From a virus, in the IMG/VR virus record IMGVR_UViG_3300045988_135485: 64,000 nucleotides of DNA; one strand, given 5' to 3'. Numbering within the stretch: the stretch's first letter is position 1; every line of letters begins with the position of its first letter. The position numbers and the translations under genes are program-made. Shown here in pieces: positions 55,952 through 64,000 of the stretch. The notes beneath the pieces were generated by a model, which ran no database searches, had not been told where the DNA came from, and worked only from the letters and a program-made list of their open reading frames with translations.

Positions 55952-58900
55952 TGATAGGTGCCTTAATAAGAGACAGACTTATTTATGAAAAATCTAAGCT
56001 TGAGGCTCAGAAGGCAGAAGAAGCTAAAAAAGCAGCTCGTACCATTAATCTTGACGATACAATCGACCAAGCTGAAATTGTTCTTGGCCTTTGTGAAGGA
56101 GAGATTGAGGGGTTGGAAAATGGAGCAAAAAGTTTTTATGTCAGTGATACTCCTCTTCAATCAGCCGGTGGAGATGACAACTTTGAAGAAGTGGCTCTTG
56201 AACTATTTCCCGGTTCTGGAGCTAATGAAGAACTCTATTATTTCCTCGGTGGCGCAACAAGAAGTACAAGTGTAGGCGTAGAATTATCTCATGATGTTCC
56301 TGTAGTCAGACAAACTCAAACAGGAGAACTTGACTTTATAGAGATTCGTTTGGTTGTATCAGCATTAATGTTTCAAGGTAAAAAAGGACCGGGAGCAAGC
56401 AGTGTTGAAATAAAGGTTGAATACAGAGCTATATCTGATGAAAAATGGTCCAATATTACTGGAGAAGATTTACCGATTATTTTTACTGGTAAAATATCTG
56501 GTAATGTGGTTCAAGAATTTAGAATTGAAGTAGAACGAAAAAATGAGCCTTATGAAATTAGAATAACTAAAATGTCTCAAGACGGTAATAATTCTACAAC
56601 TTTTAATACCGTTAGCTGGGAATCGTTTCAAGAAGGATTTGTTACTCCTAGAGAATACCCTTATACGGCTTTAGCTCATATTCACCTACAATACTCTAAT
56701 CAGTTGACAAGTGTTCCGTCATTTTATGGTATTTATAAACTAATCCGTATTCGTGTTCCTTCCAATTACAATCCCGAGACAAGGGAATACACCGGTGAAT
56801 GGGATGGTACATTTAAAATTGCTTGGTCAGATAATCCGGCTTGGTGTCTGTATGATTTTGTAATGAATGACCGTTATGGCGTAAATGCTTATTCTACGGT
56901 TACGTTGGATAAATGGGATTGCTATGAAGCAGGTCAATGGTGCGATGAGTTAGTAAACGATGGTCGTGGAGGAAAACAGCCCCGTTATACCTGTAATCTT
57001 CTTCAAACCGAAGCCACGAATGGCCGAGAATTTGCCGTTTATTTGGCAAGTTTATTTAATGCTGTTCTGGTTGAGGAATCTGTCGGATACCTTCGCCTGT
57101 TTGTAGAAAAGGACGCTGACGCAGTCTTCTTATTTACGCCGGAAAATATAACCGAAGATGGTTTCTCGTATAGTTTTACTTCTCCGGAAAACAGATATAA
57201 TGACATTAAAGTTTCATTTACTAATCCGGAAATGAACTGGGAATCGGATACCAGAAGAATCTATAACCAAGATGACATTGATAAGAATGGGCGCGTTACT
57301 TATGATTTCGCTGCTGTTGGATGTATCCGTGAAGGCGAAGCTATGCGACGTGCCTATTATAAATTAATTACCTCTCTTACTGAAAAGATTACTGTTACTT
57401 TTTCTACAAACAGACAGGCTCAATGCTTATCTAATTTTGATATTATCTTGATAGCTGACCCCGTATTGGGTTTCTCTATACCGGGAAGAATAAAAAGATT
57501 GAGTGAAGATAGAAAGACAGTTTATCTTAGAGACAGTGTTTACCTTGAAGCAGGTATCGGATATAAGATAACCTTTAATCTTCCAGACGGGTTATATGAG
57601 ACCGAAATTAATCCTGTTTCCGGTTCCGGTAGCTTGTATGAATTTACAGTTACAGATGCTCTCCCGGACAATCTTCCGGAATTAGCTACTTTCACAATCC
57701 ATGGTTCTGATAAAACTGGTACTCCTAAACCTTTCCGAATTGTTTCCATATCCGAGGGAGACAATGCCGACGTTTATACAATAACGGCCTTGGAATTGAA
57801 TCGTAATAAATGGGAAGCAGCTGACAATATGGAATTTGAAGGAATGGGAGATTATTCAGGTCTTCCTTCTATATCAGAGATTCCGCATATATTAGACGCT
57901 TCTTTTTATCTTAACTATAATAAGGTTAATAACGAAACCGAATTGTATATCACTGCTACATTTGACCCTACATATCCTTATTATTCCGGCGGCCTTGTTG
58001 TATATAGTAAAACGTCGGGAGATGAGGCATGGATAAAGAGAGAAGTTGTAAATAACAACATTATTATCGACCATCCGGCAGGGGTTTACCAGTTTGTTAT
58101 TTTACCGTTATCCACAACGGGGATAACGCCGTCTTTTGAGACAGCTCCTATATTTACATACGAGGTCGAGGACGTGTTCGATTATCCGTCCAACGTTAAA
58201 AATTTAAGAGTTTCTCGTTCAATCAATGGTGTTCAACTTACATGGGACCCAGTAGAGGATATTGATTTATCCGGATACGAGATAAGAGAAGGAACCGATT
58301 GGGATACCGGAGAAGTGATAACAACCGGCTTTATGGGAACTTCTACCTTTGTTGCTCTTGAAGACAGTAATACTCATCATTATATGGTTTGCGCTCAGAA
58401 CTTCTTAGGCATATATAGCTTAATTCCTGCATATATATCCACAAGTGTTTACAATCCTGAAGACGTTCCGGCTTTCTATGCAACAGTATGCCAAGACAGA
58501 GTAAGGTTCGATTGGGAACAAGTCCCGGGCGTGGACATCGAGTATGAAATCAGACAAGGAAATAATTGGAGCACCGCTATAAAGGTTGCGAAAGTTAAGG
58601 GTAACAACACCACTGTTCTTTTGCCTGCTTTAAGTGACGTTGTATATGCAATTAAAGCTGTTTCCCCAGCAGGTCTATACAGTGTAAATCCTCGATATGC
58701 CCGTCCGGATATGGAACTGTTCTCAAACAGAAACATTATTCTGGAAGTAGACAATGCTGCTGAAGGTTTCCCCGGAATTACTTATGGTTTCGAACCTTTA
58801 TCGTATGTAGACAAATCTTTGGTTATGAAACAGGAAGTTACCCGTGCCGAGCACTATTTCCCGGTTGAGTTAAGGAAGGTAACTCGTGCGCGTAACTGGT

Positions 58901-59577
58901 TCGATACAGAGGCTTTCTCGTATGGAAATCGCTTAACGTGGAATGACCTTCATTACAGATATTCATCAACTGAAGCACATATTTCTTGGATTAACTCCAA
59001 GGAACTGGACGCTGACGGAGACATTGAAATAGTAATTATGAAATATCGTGAGCCGGAAAACTATGAGGGTTTATACGGATTTCCTTATAATGGATTTACT
59101 AATGATATAGCTGAAAAGATATATCCAGATGTTGAAACAAATATAAGCTATACTGATTCTCATATTACTAAAGGGTTATTACTGCATAACAATACATACT
59201 TAGAATATAGCGGTATGGTAATACCTGAAACCTTCAATTTAACCTTTAAATTGAAGATTACCGACCAATCGGAAAAGAACCTTAACTTAGTCACATTGTA
59301 CGGAACGAATACCTATTTGAAGGTTTATATGTTTGACGGTCAGCTTTATTTAAGAATGTCTGACCATAAGGATATTATTATTCCTTATAAAACCGCTACG
59401 GCTTTAGACTTTTTAACAATTTCAATAAGCCAGACAGCAACAGAAAGAACCCTTTACTTTTATGCTGATTATGGTAATTATGAAAATTATAAAGTTATTG
59501 AAGCCTCCCCGGTTGGTGCTTTTTCACAATACTTTATCAATAGAAAATTAGGAGAATATAATGAGAATGTCGGGTAA
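55951..59577 (+). CDS. central tail fibre / host specificity protein (gpJ-like)
   Basis: 1208 aa in the gpJ position; contains FN3-like segments. Confidence 0.75.
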   Translation: MIGALIRDRLIYEKSKLEAQKAEEAKKAARTINLDDTIDQAEIVLGLCEGEIEGLENGAKSFYVSDTPLQSAGGDDNFEEVALELFPGSGANEELYYFLGGATRSTSVGVELSHDVPVVRQTQTGELDFIEIRLVVSALMFQGKKGPGASSVEIKVEYRAISDEKWSNITGEDLPIIFTGKISGNVVQEFRIEVERKNEPYEIRITKMSQDGNNSTTFNTVSWESFQEGFVTPREYPYTALAHIHLQYSNQLTSVPSFYGIYKLIRIRVPSNYNPETREYTGEWDGTFKIAWSDNPAWCLYDFVMNDRYGVNAYSTVTLDKWDCYEAGQWCDELVNDGRGGKQPRYTCNLLQTEATNGREFAVYLASLFNAVLVEESVGYLRLFVEKDADAVFLFTPENITEDGFSYSFTSPENRYNDIKVSFTNPEMNWESDTRRIYNQDDIDKNGRVTYDFAAVGCIREGEAMRRAYYKLITSLTEKITVTFSTNRQAQCLSNFDIILIADPVLGFSIPGRIKRLSEDRKTVYLRDSVYLEAGIGYKITFNLPDGLYETEINPVSGSGSLYEFTVTDALPDNLPELATFTIHGSDKTGTPKPFRIVSISEGDNADVYTITALELNRNKWEAADNMEFEGMGDYSGLPSISEIPHILDASFYLNYNKVNNETELYITATFDPTYPYYSGGLVVYSKTSGDEAWIKREVVNNNIIIDHPAGVYQFVILPLSTTGITPSFETAPIFTYEVEDVFDYPSNVKNLRVSRSINGVQLTWDPVEDIDLSGYEIREGTDWDTGEVITTGFMGTSTFVALEDSNTHHYMVCAQNFLGIYSLIPAYISTSVYNPEDVPAFYATVCQDRVRFDWEQVPGVDIEYEIRQGNNWSTAIKVAKVKGNNTTVLLPALSDVVYAIKAVSPAGLYSVNPRYARPDMELFSNRNIILEVDNAAEGFPGITYGFEPLSYVDKSLVMKQEVTRAEHYFPVELRKVTRARNWFDTEAFSYGNRLTWNDLHYRYSSTEAHISWINSKELDADGDIEIVIMKYREPENYEGLYGFPYNGFTNDIAEKIYPDVETNISYTDSHITKGLLLHNNTYLEYSGMVIPETFNLTFKLKITDQSEKNLNLVTLYGTNTYLKVYMFDGQLYLRMSDHKDIIIPYKTATALDFLTISISQTATERTLYFYADYGNYENYKVIEASPVGAFSQYFINRKLGEYNENVG

Positions 59578-60001
59578 ATTTCGTGGACGTTTAGTCAACC
59601 ATAAAACTGGTGAAATTATTTGCTGGGAAAAGCACAATAAGGTAGTAAAAGTTGGCTTTAACTGGGTAGCGAGCCTTATGTCGGATACGACAGTTAGAAT
59701 GGCTCCTATTTCTCATATTGCATTCGGAACCGGAAGTAATGTAACAGTCGATTCTATGATTGCTTTGGAGAACGAGGTTTATAGAGCACCAGTAACTTCT
59801 AACTGGAATGAGACCACAAGAGAATTAACTTTTACAGGAAGTATCCCCAAACAATCAGGGTTAAGTGTTAATATTACCGAAGTAGGTTTATTTAACGCCG
59901 AAGCTGGTGGAACTATGTTCGACCGAGCTACATTTTCACCAAAGGGTATTGATGAAGACCTGTCTTTTGATTACACGTTTATTATAACCATTACTGAGTA
60001 A
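59561..60001 (+). CDS. tail protein
   Basis: 146 aa ORF. Confidence 0.45.
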   Translation: MRMSGKFRGRLVNHKTGEIICWEKHNKVVKVGFNWVASLMSDTTVRMAPISHIAFGTGSNVTVDSMIALENEVYRAPVTSNWNETTRELTFTGSIPKQSGLSVNITEVGLFNAEAGGTMFDRATFSPKGIDEDLSFDYTFIITITE

Positions 60002-60021
60002 TCTACAGAGGGAGAATCCTA

Positions 60022-60744
60022 ATGGAAGAGACAAACGAATTAGGCGAAGTATATAACTGGGAGTTTGTTCCGGCCAAACTTACATCGTGGGACGATGCAG
60101 GTAAGCAGTGGGATTCTACAGGTGCTAATCAACCGTGGGATACTTTTGGTAATGAAGGCGGCTGGGTAGTAAGTACGAAAAGAACTCTTAATTTAAATAC
60201 GGAAACCGAATCGCGCCTTGACCGATTTACTAAAGAATACCTGTCTCTTATAGACGCTGCTTTCAATAATGAGAAAGTTGTTATGAATGATGTTGAGTTT
60301 CTGGACGGGGGCTTATCTCTCGATGAGATAAGAGAAATGGCTAAGAAGGGAACTCCTATTGAATATGAAGATGCCAGACCATTGGTGGCCGGAGAATATA
60401 CTTATCAAAAGGCTATTGTCGGTATTCGTATGAGAACCTATAGCCTTAACACTAAACTTGGTTTTTATAAAGCGAAACTAAGTATTGACGTTGAGGATAT
60501 TGTAGACCGTGGAACTGTTGAAGTAACAAGCACCGACCCAGCTAATCCGACTAAAGTTTCTTATCATAAGCTCTATTATAATGTTCCGGAAGAAATTATG
60601 TTCAATATTACAGAATTTACAGAGCCTTGTACAGTTGAAGTATTGACTAAAACAGAAAAAGAGTTTACCTTTATGTTAAAGTCCACTGTAAACAAAGATA
60701 CATACGTCACAGGAAAAGTAAGCTGGCTTGCGACGGGGTATTAA
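60022..60744 (+). CDS. tail protein
   Basis: 240 aa ORF. Confidence 0.45.
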   Translation: MEETNELGEVYNWEFVPAKLTSWDDAGKQWDSTGANQPWDTFGNEGGWVVSTKRTLNLNTETESRLDRFTKEYLSLIDAAFNNEKVVMNDVEFLDGGLSLDEIREMAKKGTPIEYEDARPLVAGEYTYQKAIVGIRMRTYSLNTKLGFYKAKLSIDVEDIVDRGTVEVTSTDPANPTKVSYHKLYYNVPEEIMFNITEFTEPCTVEVLTKTEKEFTFMLKSTVNKDTYVTGKVSWLATGY

Positions 60745-61942
60745 CCAATCAGCGAGGAAAAGAATGGCTAACGAGAAAAACTTACCTAATATTACTGGCG
60801 ATGAGACCATTGCTAAAACATGGAGGCGCTTATTAACCAGAGATAGAAATACCTCCAACTTCTTTTCCGGAGACGATTTTACAACTGACCAAGACCCTGT
60901 TCAAGATGTCGGAAGACCTAACTGGAGGACGGATTTAAACCGCCTGTTTATTTTTAATGGTACAGACTTTATCAGTCTGTGGGATTATTTAACTCCTCAA
61001 GAAATTGCTTATTCTATTGAACATCCCGATGTCCCTGACACAGTTCAGGACGTGAAAGCGATTCTGGACCTGCTTGTGAATCGGAACCTGCTTAATACAG
61101 TAACTATGCCTGCGGTGTCTCAAAAATATATCGGGAACGGAACAACTACAGAATACGACCTTGAAAGATATACGAGTAATAAGAATACACTTTATGTATT
61201 TATTGACGGCGTGAAACAAGTTACGGATACCTATGAATTAGCTTCTGATGGTATGTCAGTTATCTTTAATCAAGCTCCTAATAATGGAGAAACTATTGAA
61301 ATACTCCAACTAGCATCTTTGCTTGAATATGATTACTCTCCATTTATTAAAAAATTTACTGCTGAAGAAGGGGTAACAGAGTTCGACGTTGGTTTCCCTA
61401 TTTTAAATAAGGACAGCCTTATAATAGTTCATGCTGGAAAAGTATTAATGGATGCTGACTGGGAAATTCTCCCGGACGGTCATACTGTAAAATTTATTAT
61501 GGAACCGGTAGTAGGACAAGAGATTGTTATTAGGTCCATATTTAAGACCTCTTATGTAACCGTATCCGCGAACTCAATCGGGACTGCTGAGTTGAAAGAT
61601 GGAGCTGTTACGGCAGCTAAACTTGCAACAGCCATTCCTGTAGATATAAACAACGTCGCTGACGGGTCTATAACCACTGCCAAGTTAGCCAACTCGGTGA
61701 TTGACTCTACTAAATTGGCTAATAACGCAGTAATTACTTCTTCTATCGCAGATAAATCCGTTACAAAAGAGAAGTTAGCCGATAACGTCGCAACGTCACT
61801 TTTAGGAACGGAGAATGTTTCAACCGGAAACATTGCTCCTAAGTCTATTACTGAAGATAAATTAAGTGATGATTTAACTACTGTAATAGCTAATCTAACA
61901 ACCAGAATTACGGCATTAGAAGCGGCAATAACGAATAAGTAA
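60728..61942 (+). CDS. tail fibre protein with KLA-type fibre repeats
   Basis: 404 aa. Repeats AAKLATAI/TAKLANSV/TKLANNAV/KEKLADNV. Confidence 0.6.
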   Translation: MRRGINQSARKRMANEKNLPNITGDETIAKTWRRLLTRDRNTSNFFSGDDFTTDQDPVQDVGRPNWRTDLNRLFIFNGTDFISLWDYLTPQEIAYSIEHPDVPDTVQDVKAILDLLVNRNLLNTVTMPAVSQKYIGNGTTTEYDLERYTSNKNTLYVFIDGVKQVTDTYELASDGMSVIFNQAPNNGETIEILQLASLLEYDYSPFIKKFTAEEGVTEFDVGFPILNKDSLIIVHAGKVLMDADWEILPDGHTVKFIMEPVVGQEIVIRSIFKTSYVTVSANSIGTAELKDGAVTAAKLATAIPVDINNVADGSITTAKLANSVIDSTKLANNAVITSSIADKSVTKEKLADNVATSLLGTENVSTGNIAPKSITEDKLSDDLTTVIANLTTRITALEAAITNK

Positions 61943-61952
61943 GGAAAGGCCT

Positions 61953-62666
61953 ATGAATCTTGATTTTAATAAGATAGTAGAATACATCGCCGGTGGTAAT
62001 CTAACCGTACTTATTCTAACCTGCATTATATTAATTTTGGTTGCTTGGATAAAATATGAAGATTCTATCAGACGATTACTTTCATATCTCAGGTATGACC
62101 TCTTCGACCGTAATAAGGAAGAGGTAGAAAAAGAACGTAATGCTTTCGATATTCGCAATGACTTATTCATGAACCAAATAAGTCTTAAAATTATAAAAAT
62201 TGAATCTCTCCATCTTTCAAAAGACGTTGGAAGAAACGCTCTTTATCATTATTTGGTAAAGACTATGTTGTCTATGTTAAGAGATAAGTTCACGGCTGAT
62301 TTAACGGCTTACAAAAACGGCGATTTATCTAAAGAAAAGTTCTGTAGCTACTATCTTTACCATAAACAGGGTATAGAAAATTTTAAAATTGAATATTCAA
62401 AAATAATTGAGGAAAAGCTGAAGAAAGATGATTGGAATGACGAAAATATAGCTTACGTTATCAATATGTTTAACCAATGGTCTTCGTCCTATTTTGAGCT
62501 CTTGGCTGAGCTTATTTCTACTTGTAAAATTCCAGATAGTGTAATAATGTCTTGGTGGGTCTTCTTTTATGAGATATATATTACACTCGAAAAATTTAGT
62601 ATCTCTATTAACGGAAGAATCACCGGTAATACTTTTGAAAAAATAAAGATAGGAAAACCTAGGTAG
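61953..62666 (+). CDS. membrane-anchored protein (moron candidate; superinfection exclusion or abortive infection?)
   Basis: 237 aa with N-terminal TM helix LTVLILTCIILILVAWI. Noticeably AT-rich compared with flanking fibre genes. Confidence 0.45.
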   Translation: MNLDFNKIVEYIAGGNLTVLILTCIILILVAWIKYEDSIRRLLSYLRYDLFDRNKEEVEKERNAFDIRNDLFMNQISLKIIKIESLHLSKDVGRNALYHYLVKTMLSMLRDKFTADLTAYKNGDLSKEKFCSYYLYHKQGIENFKIEYSKIIEEKLKKDDWNDENIAYVINMFNQWSSSYFELLAELISTCKIPDSVIMSWWVFFYEIYITLEKFSISINGRITGNTFEKIKIGKPR

Positions 62667-62725
62667 AAAACTAAGATAGAGAATCGAGATGGAGAGCCAA
62701 ACAATTTAGACAATTTGGAGGAAGC

Positions 62726-63877
62726 ATGGCCAATAACGACGATATTACAGATTACAATTACCCTAACATTGAACCTACTGACTATATTGATGAATCTTTA
62801 CCCAATATATTGGCCAGAGATGATGCTTCCAAACATGGGTTCAGGCGTGTTTCCACTTTCCCGACTGTGACTACGGACGACGTTGGTATGAGGGTATATA
62901 TGAGGGGACGTGGGAACTTTCAGTTAATTTCAGCTGACCCCGAGCCCCAATGGAAACAACTGTCCGAAGACAATCGTAATCCTGCTTATACAGATTGGGT
63001 GAAGGACAACTATCAACCCCTTAGTAAAATATTGACCACTCTTTCAAAATTAAAAGAAGCCCAGCAAGCAGTCCCTTATTTTAACGGGCCGGAAGATATG
63101 CAAGCTGTCACGATTACTAGATATATGCTGGCTCTTTTTGAGGCTACGGATGACGCTGAGGTCAGGGAATTGCTTAACTTAGGTTCAGCTGCAACCATTG
63201 ACGTTCCTATTGATGGAAAATACATTGCAGACGGGTCTATCACAATGGATAAGGTCAGTACCCAATTTAAACAATCTTTAGGCTGGACTACTGGCGATGC
63301 AAAGTTGACCTTTAAAAAAACGGCTGATGAAGGTTGGATAATGCTTGATGACGGCTCTATTGGTTCTTCTGCTTCCGGAGCAACAACACGGGCTAATTCC
63401 GATACCTATGACTTGTTTATGTTAATGTGGGACATTCCTTATTGTGAAATCCAGACCTTCTCCGGGACCTCTTCCACGAAGACAACAGCAATCCAAGATT
63501 GGTCTGCAAATAAAAGATTGGTCTTGCCAAAGTTCTTAGGTCGTGCCATCGCCTGCGCCGGTCAAGGTTCCGGATTAACGAAACGGTCGCTTGGTGAATC
63601 GTTGGGAGAGGAGAACACCGTCTTAGGCATTAATCAGCTCCCGCGCCATAATCACGGGGACTTGGTGTCAATTCAATCCAACGTCGGTAGTAAGAACGGC
63701 AGAATTGCTTATTGGGTAGGCTCTAGGCAATACAACAGACTCGGGCGCACCGATGAACATACAATCATAGAAGAGGACGATTACTATGCCGGTACCGCTG
63801 AAGCTGGCGGTGGAGGTAATGCAGGCCATAACACAATGCAGCCGACCACATTCGTAAATGTGATGCTGAAGCTTTAG
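62726..63877 (+). CDS. tail fibre protein with phage tail-collar domain
   Basis: 383 aa with LPKFLGRAIACAGQGSGLT...HNHG...NTMQPTTFVNVMLKL. Confidence 0.65.
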   Translation: MANNDDITDYNYPNIEPTDYIDESLPNILARDDASKHGFRRVSTFPTVTTDDVGMRVYMRGRGNFQLISADPEPQWKQLSEDNRNPAYTDWVKDNYQPLSKILTTLSKLKEAQQAVPYFNGPEDMQAVTITRYMLALFEATDDAEVRELLNLGSAATIDVPIDGKYIADGSITMDKVSTQFKQSLGWTTGDAKLTFKKTADEGWIMLDDGSIGSSASGATTRANSDTYDLFMLMWDIPYCEIQTFSGTSSTKTTAIQDWSANKRLVLPKFLGRAIACAGQGSGLTKRSLGESLGEENTVLGINQLPRHNHGDLVSIQSNVGSKNGRIAYWVGSRQYNRLGRTDEHTIIEEDDYYAGTAEAGGGGNAGHNTMQPTTFVNVMLKL

Positions 63878-63906
63878 TTAATCGGAACTAGTTAATCGAC
63901 AGTATC

Positions 63907-64000
63907 AAAGCTTTAACATTACGTTCACAAAAACGGTTGGTTGCATAACATTAAACGGTTTACTTTCTCCGGCTGTACCCATAGATATATCCGGCTCCTG
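63907..64000 (-). CDS. tail-collar-domain protein, C-terminal fragment (gene continues past window end)
   Basis: Reverse-frame reading ...GESKPFNVMQPTVFVNVMLKL-stop, near-identical in its end to the convergent plus-strand gene. Confidence 0.4.

Noticed and set aside
1-64000. tRNA, rRNA, CRISPR array, integrase/attachment site, reverse transcriptase (DGR or retron)
   Set aside because: No cloverleaf-compatible segments, no repeat-spacer architecture, no tyrosine or serine recombinase motifs and no RT motifs were found on manual inspection of ORFs and gaps. Absence from the full genome cannot be judged from this window.

Overview
This window reads as most of a tailed-phage genome (siphovirus-like, lambda-type tail tip), and I found no rRNA, tRNA or CRISPR array in it. 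GC content is low and uneven, roughly 35-54% by my hand counts. Almost every gene has a strong AGGAG-type ribosome-binding site. The layout from left to right is as follows. (a) Positions 1-6427 on the minus strand: membrane proteins, a Mu S/P2 H-type side tail fibre with a Tfa chaperone, and two oppositely oriented C-terminal cassette ORFs that lack ribosome-binding sites. (b) 6470-12613 minus: a replication block with family-A DNA polymerase, a free-standing HNH endonuclease, an NPPY DNA methyltransferase and a 5'-3' exonuclease/FEN. (c) 12810-30215 minus: about 50 small early genes, including a PAPS-reductase-like protein, an SNF2-type helicase, an XRE HTH regulator, zinc-ribbon proteins and acidic proteins. 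(d) 30216-32919: about 2.7 kb of mostly non-coding, repeat-dense DNA carrying seven copies of a 16-20 bp perfect palindrome (TTGTTCCAACGTTGGAACAA), several iteron-like direct-repeat arrays, hairpins and one 266-aa gene. (e) 32920-37096: an HNH nuclease gene on the plus strand and a minus-strand operon of HTH regulator, 181-aa protein and P4-alpha-like primase-helicase. (f) 37385-63877 plus: the late operon, with GpA-type large terminase, portal, HK97-type protease fused to scaffold, decoration protein, major capsid protein, head-tail proteins, major tail protein, chaperone pair G/GT with a probable -1 frameshift, tape measure, gpM/L-like proteins, split NlpC/P60 and JAB proteins, two tandem ubiquitin-like gpI paralogs, gpJ-like central fibre and distal fibres with a tail-collar domain. 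The best candidate for a novel system is a Mu-G-segment-like multi-cassette tail-fibre C-terminus switching locus (shufflon) at about 2424-4603, defined by three copies of a 15-24 bp repeat: one in frame inside the fibre gene and two inverted copies fused to the start codons of the cassette ORFs. No recombinase gene is visible in the window. The second candidate is the palindrome, iteron and putative initiator control region at 28.9-32.9 kb.
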